From a virus, in the IMG/VR virus record IMGVR_UViG_3300033149_006357, positions 13,080 through 77,079 of that record: 64,000 bases of DNA; one strand, given 5' to 3'. The position numbers and the translations under genes are program-made. Positions 46,400-55,700 of this stretch are shown here, in pieces; positions within the stretch are counted from its first letter, which is position 1; the number at the start of each line of letters is the position of its first letter. The notes beneath the pieces were generated by a model. It was not told the DNA's origin. It did no database searches and saw only the letters and a program-made list of their open reading frames with translations.

Positions 46400-46874
46400 A
46401 TCTGCGACTCGTCATCCACGACTCGAGGTGGGCATACCTTGTCTGATACAAGTGCCCAATGCCACCGTGCTCACATCTCCATCCTGGCCCATATTTCCTG
46501 TGGTTGTAGCGCATGTCATACTCTACATTTCCGCCGCAAACAGGGCACCTATCTGGAACCCTCCATACCTTGCTTATCAGGTCTAAGTCTACCCTGGATG
46601 CAAACCTTGGATTAAACGTGTATGGTGCCGGCCTTCCGCCAGAGCGCAGGTACCCCGCCACTATACCCACACCTCTACATGTGCTCTTCCTGCATATGTG
46701 ACAATACTTGTCTTTACCTATAAGGTGCTCTTCCCCATCATGTACAACATAATAACTATGTCCAATTATAGACACGTTGTATTGTACAGGGGGAGCCGGG
46801 ATTTCGATATGCTCCTCATCGCGTTGTACCAATCCACAAGATCTTGACCGTACATCCTCATGTGGTGTTTCCAT
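46386..46874 (-). CDS. Cys/His-rich Zn-binding protein
   Basis: CHIC...C, CPVC and C...H motifs; start uncertain. Confidence 0.55.
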   Translation of the reverse strand: METPHEDVRSRSCGLVQRDEEHIEIPAPPVQYNVSIIGHSYYVVHDGEEHLIGKDKYCHICRKSTCRGVGIVAGYLRSGGRPAPYTFNPRFASRVDLDLISKVWRVPDRCPVCGGNVEYDMRYNHRKYGPGWRCEHGGIGHLYQTRYAHLESWMTSRRFEND

Positions 46875-47191
46875 ACTTCCTCTCTACTTGGAGGTCTGTA
46901 TATGTTGCAATCCGCACAAATCAGAATGCAGTTAAAGGCGCAATAAAACAAACGCCGCTTATTCAGCGGCATTCCCATAATTTGAGCTCTACTAACTATA
47001 CCCTCGTGCATGACTATATTATGGCCTTGTACCAACTTAGTACCACATACAAGACAATGCGTGTCCCTATACAGCAACTTCCTTTTCAGCCACTTCCTTA
47101 TTTCCGGTATACTCCCAGACGACTGTATCCCCCACCCCCTTTTCCCGGAAAGGGATAATACGTCATCGACACACGCTATTTTCATGTCCAC
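46766..47191 (-). CDS. HNH-like Zn-finger nuclease-family protein
   Basis: RD..CLVCG...HE...N...ICADCN; upstream of the terminase genes. Confidence 0.55.
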   Translation of the reverse strand: MDMKIACVDDVLSLSGKRGWGIQSSGSIPEIRKWLKRKLLYRDTHCLVCGTKLVQGHNIVMHEGIVSRAQIMGMPLNKRRLFYCAFNCILICADCNIYRPPSREEVWKHHMRMYGQDLVDWYNAMRSISKSRLPLYNTTCL

Positions 47192-47682
47192 CTTTCAGGC
47201 TTCGCCATTTAACGCTACCTGTTACCGAGGGCGATCTGCGCTCTCATTGGTTTTTCCTGGAAATGGGGAAGAAAAAGTAGCTGTCAAACATATATGCTGT
47301 ATAACATTCGCTCTCTTAAAGGAGTAAAGATCTCTGTCGTAAATAGAGAAGGTTGTTCTATAAGACCCCAGTTCTAGGGGTGTTTGCCGCTCACTCTTTC
47401 CAGGCTGGTACTTTGGCACTAACCACCCATTTACCGACAGTTTTATCGGCCCCACGTCCCCGGAAATAGTCCAAAGGCCGCCCTCGCGGGTTATGTACTG
47501 TCGTACCCCTCGCCATAATCCGTTTCCGGCCGCACAAGTGCCATTTGTGCTTATAAGGCGATCCGGCTTGTACGTGTAGGTGAAGCCCACTCCTCAGCAT
47601 CGTTCACCCTTGTGTCCTGATCCCGGCCGCAATTTACCGGTAACAGGAGGAGCAAAAAACGATCTTTGTTGCGTATGCGCCA

Positions 47683-47711
47683 AGGATAGCATGAAAACGA
47701 GGGGATGTCAA
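47683..47711 (-). promoter_or_regulatory. sigma70 promoter, leftward
   Basis: TTGACA-17 nt-TATCCT with extended TG. Confidence 0.7.
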
Positions 47712-47839
47712 TGGCGAATTTCAAAGTCGCAAAATTGCTTTTGGACGTACCGCTACGTACTGTTACGTGTTGCTGTAACAAGTTATATAGCGTGTTTACA
47801 TAATTTACCTTAAAATTTTGCCAGTTCTGGCCAAAACCC

Positions 47840-47869
47840 TTGACAAAACGTTTGTAGGTGTGGTATACT
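47840..47869 (+). promoter_or_regulatory. sigma70 promoter, rightward
   Basis: TTGACA-18 nt-TATACT with extended TG, then AAAGGAG RBS. Confidence 0.8.
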
Positions 47870-47892
47870 TGAGGCAAAAAGGAGTGGCTGCC

Positions 47893-48291
47893 GTGAATAG
47901 CCAGCTAGTGATCTTGGTGGGTACTATTGCGAGGCCAAAGGCGCGGTATACGCCTAACGGCGTCCTAGTCTTCTCGTTCTCGTTGCCTACGCATTCTTTT
48001 TATGGCAAGGGCGAGGACAGGGAATTGCGTACCACGTGGTTCAGGGTGACCGTCTTTGGGAAAAGGGCTGAAATTTGTCAGGAGCGCCTTTCCGACGGCG
48101 GGACAGTGCAAGTTGTCGGCTACTTGCAGGGGGACGAGCATGGCAACCCGCGCACATGGCAGGATGACAACGGGAACGTGAGGTCGTCATTCGACGTGGT
48201 TGCGAGGGATGTCACAATCCTGGGGAAACGGGGTAGCAAGAAAGGCGAGGAGAAAAAACAACAAGGAGAGGGTGACTGGATTCCATTCTAA
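47893..48291 (+). CDS. ssb: single-stranded DNA-binding protein
   Basis: VILVG, RYTPNG, WFRVTVFG and a C-terminal DWIPF tail; GTG start. Confidence 0.93.
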   Translation: MNSQLVILVGTIARPKARYTPNGVLVFSFSLPTHSFYGKGEDRELRTTWFRVTVFGKRAEICQERLSDGGTVQVVGYLQGDEHGNPRTWQDDNGNVRSSFDVVARDVTILGKRGSKKGEEKKQQGEGDWIPF

Positions 48292-48665
48292 TGGTTGCGA
48301 GCGGATACATTCCATACACACCAACGAACTGCTTTGACCACGGAGTGGGCATCATAAAGTGCGCTTTAGGAGAGGATTTTTCCGCGACAGGCAAGAGCCC
48401 CGATGCCAGGGCGTTTATCGGAGAGATTGCGCGGATCTTTAAAAACAGGAGAATACTCGTTTGGAATAACCTTGACGTAAGAAAACGTTTCCCGCGAAAC
48501 GTGGAGTACATGGGCGATGTAGATAGTATATTCGTGGACGACCCGTGGAATTATATATGGTGTAGCCTTGTACTTACGGATGAGGGCCATTTACATATGA
48601 TCGTCGGCGGTCCAATCGGAAAAAATCGAACGGTTGTCGCATGCGCGATCTCTACGTTGGCATAG
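48291..48665 (+). CDS. hypothetical protein
   Basis: Coupled ORF. Confidence 0.55.
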   Translation: MVASGYIPYTPTNCFDHGVGIIKCALGEDFSATGKSPDARAFIGEIARIFKNRRILVWNNLDVRKRFPRNVEYMGDVDSIFVDDPWNYIWCSLVLTDEGHLHMIVGGPIGKNRTVVACAISTLA

Positions 48666-49147
48666 ATAATGGGACGCGCATCATAGGGATGGCCGCCGTA
48701 GACGAGAGGAGAAATGTAGTATGGACGAGGCTGATACGTGTAAGCGGGAAAATAGATAGCAGGCTGAAAAAGATCTGGAAAGAGGCAACGGACTCACTTT
48801 GCGGTCTAGATGGCAGGTTTTACGTTGGAATAGAAGGACCATTTTTCGGGCGCAATACGCGCAACAACAGGACGCCGATCTTACTGGGATACTCATGGGG
48901 CATAATGTACGCGTGTGCATTGAGCGCTGGAGCGAGTGGGGTATACGAGATAGCCCCGTCCACAGCAAAATTGGCACTTACAGGCGCAGGCAACGCGACA
49001 AAAGAACAAATGTGCGAATGCGCTGGCTACGATAGTCAGGACGTGAGCGATGCGGTGGGAGTGGCGCTAGCGGTATATGATAAGCTTAGAGGAGATCGTA
49101 AGCACAAAAATAGAGTGCCTAAAAAAGGGGAAAAAGCAAGTCCTTGA
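48641..49147 (+). CDS. ruvC: RuvC-like Holliday junction resolvase
   Basis: GIDNG, IE, K..LTG.GNATK.Q and D..DA motifs. Confidence 0.9.
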   Translation: MRDLYVGIDNGTRIIGMAAVDERRNVVWTRLIRVSGKIDSRLKKIWKEATDSLCGLDGRFYVGIEGPFFGRNTRNNRTPILLGYSWGIMYACALSAGASGVYEIAPSTAKLALTGAGNATKEQMCECAGYDSQDVSDAVGVALAVYDKLRGDRKHKNRVPKKGEKASP

Positions 49148-49451
49148 AGGTCGAGACCTACTCATATTGGAGGAGCTGAAGAGGCTCACAAGTCCAGACG
49201 TTGGATATACGATGAAAGAGCTCTTTTACCTTTTGAAAGGGAACGGGATCGACTTTCGTCTAAAGCGGTATGGCTTTCCGGGCCTGACGCTTTATGGCAA
49301 GGTACATGTCCATACAACGCTGATGAGGACGTTAAACAACCTTTGGTGGAACGACAAGATACAAAAGTTCGCCGATGGGATATACCATAGAAGCGGGAGG
49401 TATCGAGGAGTAATATGGGTAATGCCAAGGAAAAAGTCTATGAGTTCGTGA
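49077..49451 (+). CDS. hypothetical (winged-helix-like) protein
   Basis: Basic helical ORF. Confidence 0.5.
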   Translation: MISLEEIVSTKIECLKKGKKQVLEGRDLLILEELKRLTSPDVGYTMKELFYLLKGNGIDFRLKRYGFPGLTLYGKVHVHTTLMRTLNNLWWNDKIQKFADGIYHRSGRYRGVIWVMPRKKSMSS

Positions 49452-49630
49452 TCGATTATCTGAACGAGCACGGGACGACGCCAACGTATCAGAGAATCGG
49501 GGAGGCGATCGGTGCATCTGGTGCTACGGCATTCAACTATGTCCGGCAGCTTGTCGCCGAGGGAAGGCTAAGGATCGATGGGCACCGTGTTGCCGTGATG
49601 GAGGGAAAATGGATCGCCTCACAAGAATAG
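49415..49630 (+). CDS. LexA-type HTH DNA-binding protein with no peptidase domain
   Basis: VYEFV..Y..EHG..PTYQRIG..IG.S......V..L...G.L pattern. Confidence 0.8.
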   Translation: MGNAKEKVYEFVIDYLNEHGTTPTYQRIGEAIGASGATAFNYVRQLVAEGRLRIDGHRVAVMEGKWIASQE

Positions 49631-49854
49631 TCGTGGAGGCCGTGCACAAGGCCAGGGCGCAAATGGCGACCTCGAAAGCGACGTGGTCGGATGCGAGCTT
49701 CGATGAGTTGCCAGACCGACAAAAACGTAGATGCATCGCGATTGCAAATAGTGTCGTGAGCGCTCTAAGGAACAACGGAATCCTTGCAGAGCCACAGCGT
49801 ATCAGAAAGCCATTTGGGCAATACAGGGTGTTGAGGAGGCGAGGTGGGCAATAG
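49609..49854 (+). CDS. hypothetical protein
   Basis: Coupled ORF. Confidence 0.55.
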   Translation: MDRLTRIVVEAVHKARAQMATSKATWSDASFDELPDRQKRRCIAIANSVVSALRNNGILAEPQRIRKPFGQYRVLRRRGGQ

Positions 49855-50188
49855 AATTACTATTACAGGATACGCGCGGAAGATCTTGCGCTCCCAAAAC
49901 AACACTGGGAAAACAGTGGCAGTGGTCATCGTCAGGTCTATTCGTAGATACGGCGATGACGAGAGAGAGGTATCGTGGTTTAGGTGTGTAGCGTGGGACA
50001 ACTTTGCAGAACGCATCTTGAGCTCTGTTGGGATAGGGGATGGCGTTCGCATCGTGGGATCGATCATACCAGATCCTAAAACGGGCAATCCAAAGCTATA
50101 TGTAAATAGAGAGGGTGAGACATTTACCAGATACGAAGTCAGGATTACCAGCTTTGATGTACTAAAGAAATACGAGGAAGGCCAATGA
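49844..50188 (+). CDS. second SSB-like OB-fold protein without acidic tail
   Basis: NRITITG, WFRCVAW...AE and GD.V.I.G motifs. Confidence 0.8.
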   Translation: MGNRITITGYARKILRSQNNTGKTVAVVIVRSIRRYGDDEREVSWFRCVAWDNFAERILSSVGIGDGVRIVGSIIPDPKTGNPKLYVNREGETFTRYEVRITSFDVLKKYEEGQ

Positions 50189-50487
50189 CGGGAATAGCGT
50201 GGTTGTTGATCGGAATGCTGTGCAGGTACGTTTTGCCATACGTGTTGGAGGGGTTGCGGATTGTCGGAGAGAAGAACTCGTGGCACGCATGGCCGGCATT
50301 CCAGTTGAAGTATCTCACGTCGTTTTTCACGGGCGTGATCGAGTTTGGGCTGTACCTTGTGATGAACGCGGGCGCGGTCGACAGCTTGTTAAGTCTTGAC
50401 GTGGTGTCCGCCTTTCTGGTCGGGTATGGCGCGGTCGATTTGAGTAGAACGGTATCTAAGGCGCTTACATACTGGAGAAAGAGATGA
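50185..50487 (+). CDS. small multi-TM protein (holin-like?)
   Basis: About 3 hydrophobic segments and a basic C-terminus. Confidence 0.55.
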   Translation: MTGIAWLLIGMLCRYVLPYVLEGLRIVGEKNSWHAWPAFQLKYLTSFFTGVIEFGLYLVMNAGAVDSLLSLDVVSAFLVGYGAVDLSRTVSKALTYWRKR

Positions 50488-50867
50488 ACGATTTTGGTGA
50501 CGTAATCACAAAGCTGTTTAGCGACACGTCTGCCTTTGCGGTCGCATGGGAGATTTTGGATGCGGAGAGCAGGAATGTCGCCGAGGCGAAAAACAAAGTA
50601 CAGATGGCGGAGTCGCTACTTTCGGCGGAAGAGACTAGAGCGCTGTATGAGGCGCAGGAACAAGGGATGATCGATGGTAGAAACGAAGCGGCCCGCAGCC
50701 TGCAGCGCGAGTACATTCTGCTGAACGATAGTGTTGTGAAAGGCTTGAGGGATCAGTTGATCAAAGCGAGGGCGGAGTACGAGACCGCGAAAGCAAGGTT
50801 GGATGCGTTCGAAAGATCCGTATCCGTCGCAAAGGCGTTTATGTACAAGGGGGTAAAAATTGATTGA
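50484..50867 (+). CDS. coiled-coil protein
   Basis: G.NE..R motif and heptad repeats. Confidence 0.6.
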   Translation: MNDFGDVITKLFSDTSAFAVAWEILDAESRNVAEAKNKVQMAESLLSAEETRALYEAQEQGMIDGRNEAARSLQREYILLNDSVVKGLRDQLIKARAEYETAKARLDAFERSVSVAKAFMYKGVKID

Positions 50868-51216
50868 GGTGTCTGTTTTTGGACAAGGGGAGCGGACGTT
50901 TGTTTCTGTCCTTGGGATGTGGGGCACGTCCGCTCCATACAAAGACCCATATGACTTTCGCGCTGGGGTTGGGATCGCTATAGCCAGGGCGCTTGCAGAT
51001 GCGCTCGTCCTGGGCAAGTACATGAACTATGGCGTGATTTATAACGTTGATGAAAATGCGTCATTCCGCATCGTGAAGGTTCCAGAGATCGCCCTGCTCG
51101 TGGCGTGCGCAAGGCTCGGCAGGGCCGCTGGTCGCACCGGGATCTCCAAGAGGGTTTTGGAGAGGATTGGAAAGTTCATAGCGAGGCTTATCGATGATAC
51201 CGAAAGAGACGTTTGA
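50860..51216 (+). CDS. hypothetical protein
   Basis: D.YD...G..IA.ARAL motif common in phage proteins. Confidence 0.55.
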   Translation: MIEVSVFGQGERTFVSVLGMWGTSAPYKDPYDFRAGVGIAIARALADALVLGKYMNYGVIYNVDENASFRIVKVPEIALLVACARLGRAAGRTGISKRVLERIGKFIARLIDDTERDV

Positions 51217-51556
51217 AAAATTGATGAACGCGGTTATACCGCTTGTCGAGAGCGATATCGGGATGGGGAATGAGATTCTAGATCTGCCATATCCCGAAGA
51301 AAGACACAAGTGCACTGTAGATGAATACAATGCCTACCTTGAGGAGTCCGGGAAGATATACGCAAAGAGAAAGGATCTCCTTGAGAAAAAGAGGGCTCTA
51401 AAAGGGAAGATTCTGCGCATTTGCATCGAGCTTTCTAAGATTCTGCCAGAGAAAGTGTGGATAGATCACGGTGACGGTCACATCGTGTGGTACACCGGTC
51501 ACTCTGTGAAATTCCAGTGTACAAACGGCATAATGGAATATTACCTGGAGGAATAG
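51194..51556 (+). CDS. hypothetical protein
   Basis: Coupled ORF. Confidence 0.55.
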   Translation: MIPKETFEKLMNAVIPLVESDIGMGNEILDLPYPEERHKCTVDEYNAYLEESGKIYAKRKDLLEKKRALKGKILRICIELSKILPEKVWIDHGDGHIVWYTGHSVKFQCTNGIMEYYLEE

Positions 51557-51559
51557 CCA

Positions 51560-51796
51560 ATGAAAAAATACTACGTTGGGACGCATGAAGAAATGGATGA
51601 CCCAATGTACAGGGAAACATGGTATGAGGTGGTGTGCAACTCGCCAGGCGAAGCGGCGGTAAAAGCGGCGCTCGCGATCTCAGAGCAGCTCGTGTTGCAA
51701 CATCGCCACTACTCTTTCATCGTAAAGGACGAGACGGGAGCGGAAAAAGAAGTAGATGTCGTGGTCGCGTACCACCCATCAGCATGGGAGGTCTAA
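51560..51796 (+). CDS. hypothetical protein
   Basis: GGAGG RBS. Confidence 0.6.
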   Translation: MKKYYVGTHEEMDDPMYRETWYEVVCNSPGEAAVKAALAISEQLVLQHRHYSFIVKDETGAEKEVDVVVAYHPSAWEV

Positions 51797-51797
51797 A

Positions 51798-52142
51798 GTG
51801 AGGAGTTTGGATGTACAGGTCGCTATGGCGGTTGGGGACCACATGCCGGATGCAAACGAACACGGATTCGACGAGGCTGTGCCGAACGAGGATGGCACGT
51901 ACACGCTGATCTGGTATGGAGATGGGCATCGTAGGACGGAGGAGTGGCCCCATCGCTACAGTGAGGATGTCGGCAGTGTCTTTGTGCACCTTCAAAAGAT
52001 AATGGAAGAAACGATGGATGAGCTCGTCGTCGGAAAGTGCTACGACGGGACGTGGGCGAGCTATTTCATGCGCGACGGAACGATCTCGTTTGGAAACACG
52101 CCCGCCGAATCCCTGTGCAGGCTTTTGCTGGAGTGGGCATGA
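51798..52142 (+). CDS. phage ABA-sandwich-like protein
   Basis: LD..VA...YSED...TPA.SLC pattern; GTG start with GGAGG. Confidence 0.6.
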   Translation: MRSLDVQVAMAVGDHMPDANEHGFDEAVPNEDGTYTLIWYGDGHRRTEEWPHRYSEDVGSVFVHLQKIMEETMDELVVGKCYDGTWASYFMRDGTISFGNTPAESLCRLLLEWA

Positions 52143-52996
52143 GAGCGCCATTTGCGTACTTTGGCGGGAAGAGTATGTTGGCAAAAAAGCTGTTGGAAAT
52201 CATGCCGCCGCACGACTATTATGTGGAGCCGTTCTGCGGATCGGCGGCGCTCTTTTTCGCAAAGAAACCGGCGAAAGTGGAGACGCTAAACGACATCGAC
52301 GGAGATATCGTGAATTTCTATAGGGTGCTCAGAGATCCGGATACATTCAAAGAGTTCCGCCGGTTGGCGACCCTAACACCGATCTCGAGGGCGGAATTCG
52401 ATTGGTGTCGTGAAAACTATATGAGCATCGAAGATCCGGTAAAAAGGGCGTGGGCATGGTGGTACATCGCGCAGTCATCGTTTAGTGGCGATTTCGCCCA
52501 TAGCTGGAGGCGGGCCGTCACGAAAACAAGCAGGGGAATGGCAGGGACGACATCTAGATACCTTTCCATGCTGGACTTGTTACCGCAAATAGCGGATAGA
52601 CTCAGGATGGCGCAGATCGAATGCTCGGACTTTAGAACGGTTTTGAAGTACTATTCTGGGCCGGGGTATCTTGCGTACTGCGATCCGCCATACGTATCAG
52701 ACACAAGAAAAAGTGGCAAATACAAGTACGAAATGTCCCTGGAAGACCACAGAGATCTGGTCGGCGCCCTGCTTGAATACGATGGCGGCGTGATGCTAAG
52801 CGGGTACGATCACCCGGTATACAAACCGCTCGAGGACGCCGGGTGGGAAAAGCGCGCCTTCCGGGTGTCATGCTTTGCTGTTGCAAGGACACTCGACAAC
52901 AACAACAAGGGGGCCGATATGATGAAGGATCATCCAAGAACTGAGGTCGTGTGGTTGAAAACAGATAGCAAGTATAGGCAGTTATCATTTTTCTAG
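52139..52996 (+). CDS. dam: Dam-like (D12 class) DNA adenine methyltransferase
   Basis: YFGGK, YVEPFCGS, NDID, YCDPPY and SGY motifs. Confidence 0.92.
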   Translation: MRAPFAYFGGKSMLAKKLLEIMPPHDYYVEPFCGSAALFFAKKPAKVETLNDIDGDIVNFYRVLRDPDTFKEFRRLATLTPISRAEFDWCRENYMSIEDPVKRAWAWWYIAQSSFSGDFAHSWRRAVTKTSRGMAGTTSRYLSMLDLLPQIADRLRMAQIECSDFRTVLKYYSGPGYLAYCDPPYVSDTRKSGKYKYEMSLEDHRDLVGALLEYDGGVMLSGYDHPVYKPLEDAGWEKRAFRVSCFAVARTLDNNNKGADMMKDHPRTEVVWLKTDSKYRQLSFF

Positions 52997-53189
52997 GAGG
53001 TATATATGGTCGCAGCGTTTGTGGCGGGTATATTCGTGGGGTTCTTCTTTGGAGTCCTGGTGATGTGCATTGTAGCAGTTGGGAGAGATGCGGAATGAAA
53101 GGCTTGATTACATCCATTTGTGTTTCCGCGACCGTCATCGTTACACTCGTACTGGTCGGCTTCGCAATTGGATATTTGGAGGATGACTG

Positions 53190-53402
53190 ATGGTCGCGAT
53201 CTGGGAACAGAAAAACGATCTGCGGCGCTCGATCGTAGAGGCCACATCAAGGAGATTTGAGGCCGCAGGAGATTCTGAAAAACTCGATATGTGGAGAGCC
53301 GCGATCTACTTGCTGGCGACCACGAAGAGCCTGAAAGAATTGAAAGAATGGTACAGTCAGTTTACAGAGGGGAGTTCGCATGAAAAGCATGGACAATCGT
53401 GA
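53190..53402 (+). CDS. hypothetical protein
   Basis: GGAGG RBS. Confidence 0.5.
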   Translation: MVAIWEQKNDLRRSIVEATSRRFEAAGDSEKLDMWRAAIYLLATTKSLKELKEWYSQFTEGSSHEKHGQS

Positions 53403-53758
53403 ATTTTCGTCCGCAGTGCTAAGTGCGGCCGGAATCGCAATGGTATTGCTGTGCCTATTTGTAGTGGCGCTAATGCTGTGGGCGCGAAATGCCGGGATCT
53501 GGGATGTGCTATGACCGCAGTATCGGGGAGGATTTTATGCATAACTTTGTGGACGGCCTGATCGTGTTTACGATCGTCGTATCGATAGGGGCTTTCATCA
53601 TCGCGCGCCTGGTAGGAAAAAGCCCGCGAGAATAGGACAGAAAGGATAAGATGACATGGGGTTTGCGGTGCTCGGGTTGGCATTGATATTGTTTGTTGTC
53701 GGCGTTTGCCTTCTTGTGTCGCTAGGAGGGTTCTTGTATGATGTAAAGATGGACAAAT

Positions 53759-53959
53759 ATGATCGATGAAGGAGATGCTACAGCATATTGGGCCGTATGC
53801 TTTGGGTGTTACAAGATCGGACCAGAAAGACTGTCCAGCCTTGAGGCGAGCCTGGCGGTGCAGGATCTTGGATGGTTTGTGGTGAGGCTGGAGCACAACG
53901 AATTGCACCTTTGCCCAGATTGCTTTAGCAAGATGTTTGACAGGATAATTGAGGGGTAA
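53759..53959 (+). CDS. small Zn-finger protein
   Basis: CFGC...GW...CPDC motif. Confidence 0.55.
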   Translation: MIDEGDATAYWAVCFGCYKIGPERLSSLEASLAVQDLGWFVVRLEHNELHLCPDCFSKMFDRIIEG

Positions 53960-53962
53960 CAA

Positions 53963-54931
53963 ATGCCATATCTATACGGCTTTCACGATCCAGGTGGTGA
54001 GTACCTCATGCTCCGGGCTGGCAAACCGGGATGGGTGCTAGTCACAGAGGCCATTGGGCATAACCCAACCCACATGAGTGGACGGGATTATAGCAGGCTT
54101 ACCAACATTGGCCTCAACGTCATTGTCCGCCTGAACAACGGCTACTACCCTCACGGTACAATCCCAGGGCCAGAGCGCTACGATGGCTTTGCCACACGCT
54201 GTGCGAACTTTGTTGCCGCATCAAAGGGCTGTCACCGTTGGATCATCGGCAACGAGCCAAATCACTCGCAAGAGAGGCCACAGGGACAAGTGATCAAGGC
54301 GTGGCAATACGCCAGATGCTTTCAGAAATGCAGAGAGGCTATCAAGGGCGTTGGACGTGAGCATCAGGTTATTACGGCTGCTGTTGCGCCTTATAATATT
54401 GAGACCGATGAGTGGGTGTGGTATTTCAAAAAGATGCTCTCTTTGGTAGCCTGCGATGGCATCGCGCTGCACACATACACCTGGGGGCCGGACACCGCAC
54501 TTATCACGAGCGAAGAGATGATGGACGCTCCCTACGACCACCGTCGCAAGCAGTTCCGGGCCTACCGCGATTTCATGGAGGCGGTGCCAGAGAGCATGCG
54601 TCACCTCCCAGCCTACATCACAGAGACCAACCAGATGAACGCATGGCGCGATGAGAACAATGGCTGGGTCTGGGCGGCCTACCAGGAGATCGATTCCTGG
54701 AATCGGCAGGGCGGGCAGCAGATTCATTGCCTCCTCCTCTATCGCTGGGGGCGCTATGACAAATGGTCGATCTCTGACAAGCCCGGTGTCATCGAGGATT
54801 TCCAGGCCGCACTAGAGAGGGACTACTGCTGGTACGACAGTAGCGATGTTGATCGGGAACGCGACACCATCACGCGGCTGAAAGCGCTCCGAAACGAGCT
54901 AGACGACATTATCTCATGTCTGGAGGAATAA
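53963..54931 (+). CDS. glycoside hydrolase-like TIM-barrel protein (GH-A clan)
   Basis: IGNEPN acid/base motif, ALHTY, YITETN nucleophile motif; C-terminal coiled coil. Confidence 0.75.
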   Translation: MPYLYGFHDPGGEYLMLRAGKPGWVLVTEAIGHNPTHMSGRDYSRLTNIGLNVIVRLNNGYYPHGTIPGPERYDGFATRCANFVAASKGCHRWIIGNEPNHSQERPQGQVIKAWQYARCFQKCREAIKGVGREHQVITAAVAPYNIETDEWVWYFKKMLSLVACDGIALHTYTWGPDTALITSEEMMDAPYDHRRKQFRAYRDFMEAVPESMRHLPAYITETNQMNAWRDENNGWVWAAYQEIDSWNRQGGQQIHCLLLYRWGRYDKWSISDKPGVIEDFQAALERDYCWYDSSDVDRERDTITRLKALRNELDDIISCLEE

Positions 54932-55137
54932 CATGGGCCCGGGAGATTACCCGATGCCGGAGAGGGGTTGTTAGATGGACGAACCAACTTTTGACGTTAC
55001 CAGCCTACTCATCGAACTCGAGCTGCTGAGAGCCAAAGTCGCGGCGCAGAAACAGATACTGCTTGATGTCCTTGGCGACATATATCCCACGCCTGGCTGC
55101 GAATGTGCATTCTGTAAGGCTATGCGGGAGGCGCTGG

Positions 55138-55350
55138 ATGAATAATGAAGTGATGCCAGCTTGTGAGCCGGTTGGCCTCTGGATCGAAGCCCTTGAGCGC
55201 GAGCGCTATGGGATGACGGTAGAGGAGGCAGTGAAACAATCCATTTGCATCGAATGTAAGGAGGGCGTGAATACAGCAGGGATGGACGAGTGGCGCTTGA
55301 GGGTGTATCAAGCGACTGGCTTTTGCCTCATCTGTTTCTCTAAACCATAA
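55138..55350 (+). CDS. small Zn-finger protein
   Basis: CIEC...GFCLIC motif. Confidence 0.5.
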   Translation: MNNEVMPACEPVGLWIEALERERYGMTVEEAVKQSICIECKEGVNTAGMDEWRLRVYQATGFCLICFSKP

Positions 55351-55700
55351 CCGTTTGCTCTATCTAGGCGATAAGCAATGGGGATAACACCAGATGGCGT
55401 CGTTGACAACACGAAATGAAAGGAAATTGGCATGGTTGTTTCTGATTTCTATGATCATTGGGATGCCGATCGCGATAGGCCGCGGTGATGTATAGCACGA
55501 CCACGGTCGAGGAGCCGGATCGGCTTACGGGCACGTTTTATAGCATTACGTGGTGTATTGGGCGCGGGCGCTGCCTGAACCATCCAGATAGACCAGGCAG
55601 GCCGCATCCTGGCGACACAATTCCGTACTGCGACGAGTGCCATATAGAACATGAGATACATTGGAAAGGGTGCGATCTGTGAGAATTGTCAGGTGGGGCA

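Noticed and set aside
47222-47590. 122-aa minus-strand ORF in the control region
   Set aside because: GTG start without a properly spaced RBS and no motifs. A structured RNA reading fits better, though coding is not excluded.
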